Shown piece after piece: positions 1 through 9,037 of a stretch of 64,000 bases of DNA. Location: IMG/VR virus record IMGVR_UViG_2974723664_000001, positions 1 to 64,000 of that record. One strand, written 5' to 3'. The translations under genes were made by a program, and so were the position numbers. This stretch comes from a virus. Lineage: Duplodnaviria; Caudoviricetes. A model generated the notes under the pieces. The model worked only from the letters and a program-made list of their open reading frames with translations. It made no database searches and was not told where the DNA came from. Numbering within the stretch: the first letter of the stretch is position 1; each line of letters starts with the position of its first letter.

Positions 1-80
1 GTGTACACGGTACACCCTACACTTTATACACCCCCCCGGGGTCTCTCCTAGCCCACACCTACCCTACCCCCCATGTTTCT

Positions 81-100
81 GACGCTCCGCGTCTTCTGGG
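81..100 (+). promoter_or_regulatory. N4-type virion RNAP hairpin promoter
   Basis: GACGC-TCC-GCGTC inverted repeat; template strand reads CCCAGAA-GACGC-GGA-GCGTC, a 5-bp stem with C(GGA)G triloop like N4 early promoters; lies upstream of the first gene. Confidence 0.8.
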
Positions 101-161
101 TATGTTGCCCATGATGCACTCGTGCATCTCTACGATCTATCTTTCTTTAGGAGTATCAACT

Positions 162-482
162 ATGTCCACGTCCACCGCTCGCCTGACCATCGGCTCTCTG
201 CTCGGTACCGTGAATACTGCTGCCATCACTGTCTCGTCCACTCTGGATGCTGCTGGTGCTGCTGTCGGTATGCTCAACTCTGCTGTCTCCAAGGCAGCTA
301 AAGAGCAAGCCATCCGTCACAAGGTTGACGTCAACGAGTTCAAGAACCGCCTGATCATGGAAGTCTCCATGGCTCGTGCTCAACGTGAGCGTCAAGTAGT
401 AGAGTTCTGCAAGGACTCTGTCAACGAGAAGCTCTTCAAAGAAGCTCACGACGAACTCTCCAAGCTGCTTCAGGACAACTAA
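162..482 (+). CDS. early protein, N4 gp1-like position
   Basis: AGGAG RBS before ATG 162; first gene after the hairpin promoter. Confidence 0.7.
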   Translation: MSTSTARLTIGSLLGTVNTAAITVSSTLDAAGAAVGMLNSAVSKAAKEQAIRHKVDVNEFKNRLIMEVSMARAQRERQVVEFCKDSVNEKLFKEAHDELSKLLQDN

Positions 483-492
483 GTCCTAGCTA

Positions 493-530
493 ACTTCCAC
501 TGGTCTTCGGATCAGTGGGAGTATTCTCTT
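493..530 (+). terminator. stem-loop, probable terminator
   Basis: ACTTCCACTGGTC-TTCG-GATCAGTGGGAGT followed by a pyrimidine-rich tail. Confidence 0.6.
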
Positions 531-563
531 CAGATAGTTCCTTCAGATAGTCCCACTAGGGAC

Positions 564-580
564 GACGAACTTCGTTCGTC
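564..580 (+). promoter_or_regulatory. second N4-type vRNAP hairpin promoter
   Basis: GACGAAC-TTC-GTTCGTC; template loop C(GAA)G; upstream of the gp2-like gene. Confidence 0.65.
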
Positions 581-692
581 AGATTGATAGTTCAACTTTA
601 CCTACTCTCCACTTCTACTTTTATCCCTTTGTTTGGGTGCAGCTACCGACCAGCGAATCCCAATCCCTCTTACTTATTCAAGGAGTATTACC

Positions 693-1118
693 ATGTCGAT
701 CACTCAATTCGATGGCAAGTTCGGTCAAACCGTGGCCCAAGTTCGTGGCGAAGGACAGTCCAAGAAGGACTTGCCCAAGGCACAAATCTGGATGAACATC
801 GGCTACCAACAGCCGTTCACCAATCCGGAATCCCAGGAAGAAGAAACCCGCTTCATCTCGCTGCCGCAGGGCCTGCCCATCGACACGATGGAAAAGCTGG
901 AAGAGAAAGGCAACTCCGACATCTTCCGCGCCATCCGCAACGGCCAGAACAACCTGCTCGACCAGATCATCGCCAAGGGCAAGACCCTGCAACCGGGCGA
1001 AGAAGTCATCATCGCCATGGGCGAAAACGGTCTGGCCATTCAACTGCGCCGTGTCAAGGCCGAGCAAGCGCCGATCGATCCGTCGCACAACCCGCTGGTT
1101 CGCCAACTGTCCCTGTAA
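693..1118 (+). CDS. N4 gp2-like ssDNA-binding RNAP II cofactor
   Basis: PKAQIWMNIGY and FISLPQGLPIDT motifs resemble gp2 homologues; AGGAG RBS; position. Confidence 0.7.
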   Translation: MSITQFDGKFGQTVAQVRGEGQSKKDLPKAQIWMNIGYQQPFTNPESQEEETRFISLPQGLPIDTMEKLEEKGNSDIFRAIRNGQNNLLDQIIAKGKTLQPGEEVIIAMGENGLAIQLRRVKAEQAPIDPSHNPLVRQLSL

Positions 1119-1140
1119 TCCCAGGGGCATCGTGGCAGTA

Positions 1141-1173
1141 GGAGTCACTCACAAGTTGAGTGGCTCCTTTTTT
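1141..1173 (+). terminator. rho-independent terminator
   Basis: GGAGTCACTCA-loop-TGAGTGGCTCC then T6. Confidence 0.85.
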
Positions 1174-1289
1174 ATTTCTACTGGACTAATAACCAGTGTC
1201 TACTTTATTCAACCTTTCGGCTAAATGAACCGAAGGACTGAACCAAGTGGACTAATAGTCAAACTAGCAGATAACTTATAGGAGCAATC

Positions 1290-1493
1290 ATGCTGTTCAA
1301 AGCCCTGAAAATCGGTGCTCAATTCGTTGCTGGCATGACCAGCTTTGAGAAGATTGAGCCTGTGGAACTGGATGGCTACATGCGTACTGCTGTGGTCATC
1401 TCCGACAACTCCGGTCCCTTACTTCCCAAGGGGCTGATGATTGGCATCCATGGTGACGTGATCGTGGATCAAGTCCTGGAGGTTGAAGAATGA
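1290..1493 (+). CDS. hypothetical protein
   Basis: AGGAG RBS; ATGA overlap with next gene. Confidence 0.7.
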   Translation: MLFKALKIGAQFVAGMTSFEKIEPVELDGYMRTAVVISDNSGPLLPKGLMIGIHGDVIVDQVLEVEE

Positions 1494-1846
1494 AACTCAT
1501 CATTGCAGGTGGTCGTGACTTCACGAACACGGAGTACATGATGGAATCGCTGGTCAGTTTGCTGAACCAAGGGCTGATTCCTGACAGTCCTGTGCTCGTG
1601 TGTGGTATGGCACGGGGTGCTGATCTCACTGCTCATGATCTGTGGTCCAAGTATGGAATGGAGATCATTGAGGTGCCTGCTGATTGGGCAACGCTTGGTC
1701 GTAGTGCTGGTCACATCCGCAATGCCAAGATGGGCAAGCTTGCAGATGCATGCGTGGCTTTCTGGGACGGCAAATCCTCTGGAACCAAGGGCATGATTGA
1801 CTACATGAATAAGGCCGGTAAGCCCTGCTGGGTATTCAATTATTAG
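1490..1846 (+). CDS. SLOG-family (YspA/DUF2493-like) protein
   Basis: IIAGGRDF, GMARGAD, AGHIRNAKM and AFWDGKSSGT motifs. Confidence 0.85.
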   Translation: MKLIIAGGRDFTNTEYMMESLVSLLNQGLIPDSPVLVCGMARGADLTAHDLWSKYGMEIIEVPADWATLGRSAGHIRNAKMGKLADACVAFWDGKSSGTKGMIDYMNKAGKPCWVFNY

Positions 1847-1862
1847 AGGTAATTTAGATGAA
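1840..1862 (+). repeat. 23-bp direct repeat, copy 1
   Basis: TTATTAGAGGTAATTTAGATGAA, identical to 2251-2273. Confidence 0.95.
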
Positions 1863-2247
1863 GACAAACACAATTACCTGGGAGCGCACAGGTGGCTACG
1901 AGGTGAGCAGCCAAGGAGATAAACGATTCAGTGCTCTGTATGCACAGATGCCTGATGGACGAACCATTGAACAATGGTATCAGTGCGATGTGAAAGGCTA
2001 TGAGATTGGTGGTCGTAGCTGGAAGCTGGGCAAAGGCAAGCCTTCGTTGTTGAATTACGAAGGTGACATGCAGTGGCAGATGTATCTCAACCTGTGGCGC
2101 TTCTGGGCTATTCACCACATGACAGAGATGAATGAGCTTGCTGCTGCTGTAAAGCAGGCAGGCAATGTGATCAGTGATCGCTTTGCCAAAACACCCATCA
2201 ATCAGGCACATGCTTTGGCAGTGATCCTGAATGAGTGGTTTAGCTAA
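1858..2247 (+). CDS. hypothetical protein, possibly divergent NADAR-like
   Basis: RFSALYA..DGRTIEQWYQ..K resembles the NADAR FSNFY...TVEHYYQAQK pattern. Confidence 0.6.
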   Translation: MKTNTITWERTGGYEVSSQGDKRFSALYAQMPDGRTIEQWYQCDVKGYEIGGRSWKLGKGKPSLLNYEGDMQWQMYLNLWRFWAIHHMTEMNELAAAVKQAGNVISDRFAKTPINQAHALAVILNEWFS

Positions 2248-2250
2248 TTC

Positions 2251-2273
2251 TTATTAGAGGTAATTTAGATGAA
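2251..2273 (+). repeat. 23-bp direct repeat, copy 2
   Basis: identical to 1840-1862; includes RBS and start codon. Confidence 0.95.
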
Positions 2274-2415
2274 AGAACTCATCGTGTTCATTGTCTTCCT
2301 GCTGCTCTTGAAGCTGGCAGGTCCTGTGGTCTCCGGTGCGTTCTTCATCATCGGAGCATTGTTCACTCGTGGTCTCAGCCTGCGTGCTGATGGCAAAGGA
2401 GAAGCAGATGCGTAA
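2269..2415 (+). CDS. small membrane protein (48 aa, not in ORF track)
   Basis: MKELIVFIVFLLLLKLAGPVVSGAFFIIGALF...; GAGG RBS in the repeat. Confidence 0.65.
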   Translation: MKELIVFIVFLLLLKLAGPVVSGAFFIIGALFTRGLSLRADGKGEADA

Positions 2416-2578
2416 TGTCCGTGACGTGTGTACCGAGTGCAGTGTTGCTACTGCCACCAAGGATGGGATGTGTCCATCCTGCTGGTCCAAAGAGAACAGC
2501 TTCACCTTCAACCTGTGGGAGAGGGATGAAGCTGACATGATTAAACCCGAAGATAAATTAGAAGGAACCAAGAAATGA
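2408..2578 (+). CDS. small Zn-finger protein
   Basis: CTEC...CPSC; AAGGAG RBS. Confidence 0.6.
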   Translation: MRNVRDVCTECSVATATKDGMCPSCWSKENSFTFNLWERDEADMIKPEDKLEGTKK

Positions 2579-2913
2579 AATACCTTATCGCTGTACTCAT
2601 GCTGGTCATTAGTCAACCAACCTTGGCCGCTAAGAACACTCCCAAGGACGGCATCGAAATGTGCATCGTCCAGGGTGAATTTGCCAACACGGTGCAGAAG
2701 CTGCGCCAACAACATATCACTCTGACTTTGAGTATCGCCAAGGCCATTGTGGACAATGAGATGGGTGGTACTGAAGTCCAACGCACGATGTTCAAGCACA
2801 CGCTTGAATTCATGTGGGGTATGGATCGTCGCCTGCATCCTAACAACGTTCAAGATACCGTAACGGCTACCTGCCTCAAGGGTGTCTATGAAGCAATCCA
2901 AGGAGAGAAATAA
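2575..2913 (+). CDS. hypothetical exported protein
   Basis: signal-peptide-like N-terminus; two Cys. Confidence 0.7.
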   Translation: MKYLIAVLMLVISQPTLAAKNTPKDGIEMCIVQGEFANTVQKLRQQHITLTLSIAKAIVDNEMGGTEVQRTMFKHTLEFMWGMDRRLHPNNVQDTVTATCLKGVYEAIQGEK

Positions 2914-3197
2914 TGGATACCTTTCTGACTGTACTGGCGGTAACGGCTGTGGTTGTTGGTGTACTCCTGTCTTATTGGGACGACATTATGATCACCATCT
3001 TCCAATGGTCCTTCGGCAAGCTGACTGAACAGCAAGCCTGGGACATGCACTACTTCCACGAAGAGAAGGCTCACTTCTTCAATCGCTTGGGAGTGTCCGA
3101 CCAGTACGAGATCCACAAGTCTCGTTCCATCGCTCACTATCACTACGCTGTGCGTATGCATGAGCGCAACCTTCGCAAATCCAAGCACAAGGACTGA
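2913..3197 (+). CDS. hypothetical membrane protein
   Basis: N-terminal hydrophobic helix; coupled start. Confidence 0.65.
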   Translation: MDTFLTVLAVTAVVVGVLLSYWDDIMITIFQWSFGKLTEQQAWDMHYFHEEKAHFFNRLGVSDQYEIHKSRSIAHYHYAVRMHERNLRKSKHKD

Positions 3198-3199
3198 TC

Positions 3200-3385
3200 A
3201 TGCTCAATCACAATCCGATCCTGTTCGTCCTCGGGTACATCCTGGTGGCGATCATCGTCATCGCAGTGGAACCACTGCGTGACTTCGTACTCCTGGCTGC
3301 TCAGGTGCTGGCTGCCGTGGCATTCCTTGCCTTCATCGCAGCCATCACCCTGGAGGCCATTCAAAGCAGGAAGCGCCATGAATGA
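3200..3385 (+). CDS. small membrane protein
   Basis: two hydrophobic segments. Confidence 0.65.
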   Translation: MLNHNPILFVLGYILVAIIVIAVEPLRDFVLLAAQVLAAVAFLAFIAAITLEAIQSRKRHE

Positions 3386-3683
3386 CCTGCAACTGTTCTT
3401 CGCTGCCTACTGGCAGTGGGTAATGGAAGGAGCACCTGAAGGCAAGCCCTTCAACAGGGGCCATGATCTCTCGGGTGCTCTGACCGACTATGCCTACAAG
3501 CATGGTCTCTCGCTCAACGGAACCCAGATCGACTATCGCAGCTTGCTTGCGAAGGAAGGTCTGGACCCGTTGAATCCGTTCAACGATGGCGTGCATCAAC
3601 CCGCATTCCCCATCGAATCCAAACTGGGCCGCTGCTACCTCAATGGTGCTCGGCTCAATTTCGTGCATAAGCACAAAGGCTGA
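3378..3683 (+). CDS. hypothetical protein
   Basis: ATG 3378 overlapping the upstream gene end; tight packing. Confidence 0.65.
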   Translation: MNDLQLFFAAYWQWVMEGAPEGKPFNRGHDLSGALTDYAYKHGLSLNGTQIDYRSLLAKEGLDPLNPFNDGVHQPAFPIESKLGRCYLNGARLNFVHKHKG

Positions 3684-3686
3684 ATC

Positions 3687-3902
3687 ATGACTCTCTATGC
3701 GTTCTACAACATGCTGGCCGTCATTATCGCGTGTGGTGCTCTCGGCTATATCATCCACTGGTTTGCCTCGCACAAGCTGGTGATGGCTATCGCCAAGCAC
3801 GAGGAACCGCTCACCTTCTTGAAGCTCTTGCAGCAGCGGATGGTCACGGTCTTCGTGTGCGTGGGCATCCTGATTGCCTTCTGCATCATGCCGCTGGGCT
3901 GA
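3687..3902 (+). CDS. small membrane protein
   Basis: two hydrophobic segments. Confidence 0.65.
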   Translation: MTLYAFYNMLAVIIACGALGYIIHWFASHKLVMAIAKHEEPLTFLKLLQQRMVTVFVCVGILIAFCIMPLG

Positions 3903-3906
3903 ACCA

Positions 3907-4221
3907 ATGAAGCCCATCCTCATCATCAACGACTGTGGTGAGGTCACTGATGATATGTGCTTGCACATGATCAACTATCCCAACCCGCTCGGGAATCCTC
4001 TCAGGGTGAACGAGCGTTGGGATGCTGACTTCATCAAGGAGATGTACAGCAAGTTCATCCTGACCAAGATTAGGGACAAGGACGAGGCTGTCATCAATGA
4101 GCTTGACCTGATTGCCTCTCGTGTCATGGATGGGCATCAGGTTGTTTTCTACCAGGACGACTATGAGGTTCATGGTCAGGTGCTGGCAGACTTCATCATG
4201 GGGACCATCAATGCTGCGTAA
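3907..4221 (+). CDS. degenerate DUF4326-like protein
   Basis: NPLGNP and HGQVL motifs; the usual CxC/C residues appear absent. Confidence 0.5.
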   Translation: MKPILIINDCGEVTDDMCLHMINYPNPLGNPLRVNERWDADFIKEMYSKFILTKIRDKDEAVINELDLIASRVMDGHQVVFYQDDYEVHGQVLADFIMGTINAA

Positions 4222-4324
4222 GATCGCTGCTGTCGTCGTGGCCATTGCCCTCACCTGGGCAGTGGTCACTTTCTTTATCTCGCTGGGTTGGGCCTGGCAC
4301 ATCTACTGGGAGTATCTGAAATGA
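4211..4324 (+). CDS. small membrane protein
   Basis: 37-aa hydrophobic ORF overlapping both neighbours. Confidence 0.55.
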   Translation: MLRKIAAVVVAIALTWAVVTFFISLGWAWHIYWEYLK

Positions 4325-4716
4325 TCTTCGTCTTCGGAAGCAATACCGCAGGTATCCACGGTGGTGGTGCTGCACACCACGCCTACAAGAAGGAAGGTGC
4401 TCGCTGGGGCATGGGCTACGGCCACTATGGAAACAGCTTCGCCATTCCCACCAAGGGCCACACTGGAACTGTGGAGACGCGCATAGGGAACACACTTCCC
4501 TTGAAGGAAATCGAAGATTTTGTTCGTGGTTTCCTCGCATACGCTCGGGCCAATCCGGTCATGCTGTTCCAGGTCACCCGCATCGGCTGCGGATTGGCAG
4601 GGTTGAATGACTATGACATGGCCATGATGTTCCAACATGCACCAGCCAACTGCTTCTTCGACACCTACTGGAAGCCCTACCTGGGTGAGCATGCCTCGTA
4701 CTGGGGCACTTTCTAA
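4321..4716 (+). CDS. macrodomain-like phage protein
   Basis: IFVFGSNTAGIHGGGAA, FAIPTK and FQVTRIGCGLAG motifs. Confidence 0.75.
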   Translation: MIFVFGSNTAGIHGGGAAHHAYKKEGARWGMGYGHYGNSFAIPTKGHTGTVETRIGNTLPLKEIEDFVRGFLAYARANPVMLFQVTRIGCGLAGLNDYDMAMMFQHAPANCFFDTYWKPYLGEHASYWGTF

Positions 4717-4738
4717 ATCATCACAAGGACTATTCAAC

Positions 4739-5575
4739 ATGAACCAAGACGCCCAAGCAGTACAGATGCAGGGTCATGAACTCCAGAAACAACTGGAACG
4801 TGAATACAGCAACAATCAACTCATGCGTCGTATGCGCAAAGAGTTCACTGACTGCAAGTCTCCAGACTTCGTGGCTTACTTCGAGCACAAGCAGTGGGAT
4901 GTGGACTTCTGCATCGATGCCATGGTGCAGATTGCACTGCATAAGCGTGCTGATCTGCCCACCATGATCGGCACTCTGCGTCACCATTGTGCTACGGCAC
5001 AGGATGTTGCCAATGGTCTGCTGAATCTGGCCATTGCTGACATCATGGACTGGGTGCCTGAACTGGAAATCTTCGTGGTCAAGTTCGGCATCAGTGAAGA
5101 CGTACAGCACGAGATCGACAAGTATCAATATCCTCTGCCCATGGTAGTGGAACCCAAGCATCTGAAGAACAATCTCAGTTCGGGTTATCTCACCACCAAC
5201 GGCAGCTTGATCCTGAAGAAGAACCATACGGATGATGATGTGTGTCTCGACCACATCAATCGAATGAACCGTGTGCGTCTCTCCATCAATCCTGACACTG
5301 TTCTCATGGTGCAGAACAAGTGGAAAGGGCTGGACAAGATCAAGGATGGTGAGACTCATGAAGACTTCGAGAAGCGCAAGCGTGCTTTCGAGAAGTATCA
5401 ACGCACTGCTTATGAGGTCATGGACATTCTCTATGCCGCTGGCAATGAGTTCTTCCTGACTCACAAGTACGACAAGCGTGGGCGTACCTATGCTCAGGGC
5501 TACCACGTTAACTATCAGGGCACTCCTTGGAACAAAGCTGTCCTGGAATTTGCAGAGAAGGAGTTCATTCAATGA
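4739..5575 (+). CDS. RNA polymerase II subunit 1 (N4 gp15-like)
   Basis: THKYDKRGRTYAQGYHVNYQG (T7-like DxRGR motif). Confidence 0.9.
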   Translation: MNQDAQAVQMQGHELQKQLEREYSNNQLMRRMRKEFTDCKSPDFVAYFEHKQWDVDFCIDAMVQIALHKRADLPTMIGTLRHHCATAQDVANGLLNLAIADIMDWVPELEIFVVKFGISEDVQHEIDKYQYPLPMVVEPKHLKNNLSSGYLTTNGSLILKKNHTDDDVCLDHINRMNRVRLSINPDTVLMVQNKWKGLDKIKDGETHEDFEKRKRAFEKYQRTAYEVMDILYAAGNEFFLTHKYDKRGRTYAQGYHVNYQGTPWNKAVLEFAEKEFIQ

Positions 5576-5859
5576 GCATGCCGAAAGCTGTAATCCACTT
5601 GCACCAGTTCACCTTCCACGTCGATACGACCAATGGTGAGGTAACGCAATTTCTGGCCAAGCCGAAAGGTGCAAGCGTGGTATTGCACAAGTCCCATCCC
5701 ATGATTCCGAAGGTGTATGCAGCTTACGCCCGTAACAAGGGCATGAGCGGGACTGTGTTCAACGGCCATCCCTACGTGAAACTGTGGGGACGTGTCGTCA
5801 ATCTCAACAACGGGAACCAAGTCCAGGACAGGAGCATCCTGTCCATGTTCGAGGAATGA
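5572..5859 (+). CDS. hypothetical protein between RNAP subunits
   Basis: ATGA overlap; AAGGAG RBS. Confidence 0.65.
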   Translation: MSMPKAVIHLHQFTFHVDTTNGEVTQFLAKPKGASVVLHKSHPMIPKVYAAYARNKGMSGTVFNGHPYVKLWGRVVNLNNGNQVQDRSILSMFEE

Positions 5860-6008
5860 TTATGGACATCGCAGATGCTTTCCAAATAGTGATCGATCTT
5901 GCCAAGCAGAACATGGCACCAACAGACATGTCGGAGGAACGAGCACGTCAGCAAGAAGCAATCAACATGATCGAAGACATCGCCGTGAATGAATACGGTG
6001 ACGAGTAA
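5856..6008 (+). CDS. hypothetical protein
   Basis: GAGG RBS; coupled start. Confidence 0.55.
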   Translation: MIMDIADAFQIVIDLAKQNMAPTDMSEERARQQEAINMIEDIAVNEYGDE

Positions 6009-6041
6009 TCAACCATTCTCAAGACGCTAGGAGCAGAGAAC

Positions 6042-7256
6042 ATGCAACTTTTTACCGCAATCGAAAACCTGAAGATCGATATCAGCAACAACTTCGGCAA
6101 TGACAAGATGGACTGGCTGGAGCGTATCCAGTGGTTCGACGCCAATGAAGGCAATCTGGAGAACCTGATTGCCGAGGCTGATGAACCTGCCCTGTTCCAT
6201 GCTGGTGTCATGGCCTACCGGGCTGTGCAACGCAAGGAAGCCATCGGCTATCCGGTGGCCTTCGACGCTACCAACTCGGGCATGCAGATTCTGGCTTGCT
6301 TGACTGGCTGCCGCAAGACTGCTGAACTGTGCAACGTGGTGGACGTGGGTCGTCGTGTTGACGGCTACATGGAAATCTATGGTGGCATGATGAGTGCCAC
6401 TGGTGGCCAAGCCAAGATCGACCGCAAGGAAGTGAAGTCGGCGGTCATGACTGCCTTCTACGGCTCGGAAGCCATCCCCAAGCAGGTGTTCGGTGAAGGT
6501 GCTCTGCTGCGTGTGTTCGAGCAGACCATGGGGACCATGGCTCCTGGTGCATGGCAGTTGAACCAGTTCTTCCTGGACATCTGGAACCCGGAAGCCACTG
6601 CCTACCACTGGGTTCTGCCGGACAACTTCCACGTCCACACCAAGGTCATGGCCAAGCAGGGCGAGATCGTTCACTTCCTGGACAAGCCCTACGAGACCTT
6701 CCGTGAAGTGCAGGGAACCAAGGAGAAGGGGCGTAGCCTGTCTGCCAACAGTGTGCATAGCATTGACGGCATGGTGGTCCGTGAAATGGTACGTCGCTGC
6801 GACTACAGCGATGCCAAGGTCAAGCTGCTGCTCTCGCATATCACCGCCATCAAGATGGGGGCTGTGGTCTGCGGGCAGGCTCCCTGCACGGACAAGGACT
6901 CCCAACTGGTGGAGACCCTCTGGGGTCACTACAAGAGCACAGGCTTCCTGTCGGCACGCATTATCGACTGCCTGCACCTGCACAACCTGCATCTGGTTGA
7001 CATGGATGTGGTGCTGGAACTGTTGGCAAGCCTGCCGCCGAAGCCCTTCAAGGTGCTCACGGTGCATGACTGCTTCCGGTGCCTGCCCACCTATGTCAAT
7101 GACCTGCGTAAGCAGTACAACCTGATCCTGGCCAAGATCGCACGCAGCGACCTGCTGACTTCGATCCTGTCTCAGATCATGGGGCGTGTCTTCCGTGTGG
7201 AGAAGATGGAAGACCTGCACGACGATATCCTTCAGACCAACTACGCTTTGTCCTAA
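6042..7256 (+). CDS. RNA polymerase II subunit 2 (N4 gp16-like)
   Basis: motif A FDATNSGMQI, motif B RKEVKSAVMTAFYG, motif C VHDCF. Confidence 0.93.
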   Translation: MQLFTAIENLKIDISNNFGNDKMDWLERIQWFDANEGNLENLIAEADEPALFHAGVMAYRAVQRKEAIGYPVAFDATNSGMQILACLTGCRKTAELCNVVDVGRRVDGYMEIYGGMMSATGGQAKIDRKEVKSAVMTAFYGSEAIPKQVFGEGALLRVFEQTMGTMAPGAWQLNQFFLDIWNPEATAYHWVLPDNFHVHTKVMAKQGEIVHFLDKPYETFREVQGTKEKGRSLSANSVHSIDGMVVREMVRRCDYSDAKVKLLLSHITAIKMGAVVCGQAPCTDKDSQLVETLWGHYKSTGFLSARIIDCLHLHNLHLVDMDVVLELLASLPPKPFKVLTVHDCFRCLPTYVNDLRKQYNLILAKIARSDLLTSILSQIMGRVFRVEKMEDLHDDILQTNYALS

Positions 7257-7365
7257 AATACGGCCAATCCTCTGTCAAGAGGGTTGGCCAACTTTTTTAG
7301 AACACGGATAGATACTGAGGATAAAATAGGTATTCTTATCCACACCTTTCTTTGAGGTACTTGTC

Positions 7366-7950
7366 ATGCCCCTGATGCAAATTTCCATCAATGTCGCCAA
7401 CCCGCTCAAACGGTTGGTTAAAGTCGATCCGGATGGTACGGCCCTGGAATCGGGATACACCAAAATCGGCACTTTCGATCACCCGTCCACGGAAGATGAC
7501 ATCGATCCGCTCGGCCCTGCCGAAAATCACGTCATCTACCACCACGTCCAGGAAGCCCTGTACCACGTCAAGGCCGGTGTGACGCCTTCGATCGCTGGCT
7601 TCTGGCCCGACAACATCACGGACATGCAGTCGGTGTCCATCAGCTATACGGCTCCGCCTGAAGAAGTGGTCATTGACTTCATCTCTCTGGACAGCCCCAC
7701 GGTTTCCGTAGCTGTCGGTGCGACGGTGCAGAATCTTATCTTCTACAATCCGGACACGGCCACCAACAAGACCCTCACGGTGTCGTCCAGCGATCCCACC
7801 AAGGCCACGGCTGTCTACGACGGTCCTCTGGGCGGTGATTCCCTGGCAACCGGTGTGACGGTCACGGGTGTGGCTGCCGGTACGGCCACCATCACGGTGA
7901 CCACGGCAAACGGCAAGACGGCCACTTTCGACGTGACGGTTACGGCGTAA
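7366..7950 (+). CDS. Ig-like (Big_2) capsid decoration protein, gp17-like
   Basis: C-terminal SSSDPTKAT...VTGVAAGTATITVTTANG; position after RNAP2. Confidence 0.8.
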   Translation: MPLMQISINVANPLKRLVKVDPDGTALESGYTKIGTFDHPSTEDDIDPLGPAENHVIYHHVQEALYHVKAGVTPSIAGFWPDNITDMQSVSISYTAPPEEVVIDFISLDSPTVSVAVGATVQNLIFYNPDTATNKTLTVSSSDPTKATAVYDGPLGGDSLATGVTVTGVAAGTATITVTTANGKTATFDVTVTA

Positions 7951-7999
7951 GTTGTCAGAGGTTTTGTGGGGTGAGATCACCCTGTAGAAACTCTTCACG

Positions 8000-8023
8000 G
8001 CCCCTCTTCGGAGGGGCTTTTTT
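8000..8023 (+). terminator. rho-independent terminator
   Basis: GCCCCTC-TTCG-GAGGGGC-T6. Confidence 0.9.
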
Positions 8024-8036
8024 GCATCTGTTCACC

Positions 8037-8249
8037 ATGCAACCCAACAAGAAAACCGACAAGCACATTCAACGATACATCACTGAAGTGACCAGCAAGC
8101 CTGGTCAATGGGTGTATGTGTCGAGAGCCAAGCACTCCAAGAACGCTCGTGATTACATCGTGGATACCGTGAAGAGCATCATCGAAATGATGGGCGTCTC
8201 GGTTGAAGTCGATGGCTATCACAAGTGCCGTCTCCGCATCAAACCCTGA
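8037..8249 (+). CDS. hypothetical protein
   Basis: ORF with phage-like codon usage. Confidence 0.6.
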   Translation: MQPNKKTDKHIQRYITEVTSKPGQWVYVSRAKHSKNARDYIVDTVKSIIEMMGVSVEVDGYHKCRLRIKP

Positions 8250-8263
8250 ACCAAGGAACCAAG

Positions 8264-9037
8264 ATGAAAAACGTCTCCCTGAACCTGTCGTACAACAAGC
8301 AACGCCTGTATCGCAACATCCTGGTTGACCTCGGTCTGGTCTCCAAGGATGCGAAGTATGGTGACTACCTGCAAGTGGTGTTCACCGAATCCCAGTTCGT
8401 CGCCTTCGTGGCTGCGGCCCTGGCCAACACGGAAGCGGTGTTCAGTCTCCGCGCCATGGGCTTCCGTGCGTTCGAGGTGGAAGAGAATCCCCAACAGGAA
8501 CTCCCCCTGAACCAAGAAGAAGAACCTTCGGCCAAACGTGGAGAAGACGCCATCATGGCCATGCTGGAAACCCTCTTCGGCGTCCCCGTCATCAAGATCG
8601 ATGGCAGCAATCTGCCCCCGATCAACGAGGAATGCGGCTGCCCGGCCTGCACCCTGGGTGTGACCCTGGAAGAAGCTCTGCGTGGCAACCTGCGTGCTAC
8701 GCAGATGTCCCAGAACCAACCCAGCAAGCGTGACACTGGTGCATCGCCTGCCTTCGAGGCCAAGTACGGCCAAGAGCAGATCGATGACCTGCACGAAAAA
8801 GCTCTGGCCTGGAACAAGAAAGTCGATGACGCCACCAAACTGGCCTTCGAGCAGTTCTACGTCATGCGTCAAGGTGATGTGTCCGTCTGGCAAGCGTGGC
8901 GCTTTCTCGAAAAGAACGAAGGCCGTGTCATGTGGCCGGAATTCATCCCCAACGCCGCCTACAAGGACATGTCCCTGCGTAACGTCTGGGCCATGGCTCA
9001 GAACATGCGTGGCAGCCTCCTGGAGTACATGCGGTAA
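8264..9037 (+). CDS. hypothetical protein with CGCPAC motif
   Basis: AAGGA RBS; 257 aa. Confidence 0.75.
   Translation: MKNVSLNLSYNKQRLYRNILVDLGLVSKDAKYGDYLQVVFTESQFVAFVAAALANTEAVFSLRAMGFRAFEVEENPQQELPLNQEEEPSAKRGEDAIMAMLETLFGVPVIKIDGSNLPPINEECGCPACTLGVTLEEALRGNLRATQMSQNQPSKRDTGASPAFEAKYGQEQIDDLHEKALAWNKKVDDATKLAFEQFYVMRQGDVSVWQAWRFLEKNEGRVMWPEFIPNAAYKDMSLRNVWAMAQNMRGSLLEYMR

Noticed and set aside
1095-1118. gp2-like C-terminus QLSL as a beta-clamp motif
   Set aside because: Lacks the terminal Phe; too short to support
4739-7256. Split RNA polymerase with two small genes between the subunits
   Set aside because: Heterodimeric RNAP II with intervening ORFs is normal for N4-like phages; no intron or intein signs
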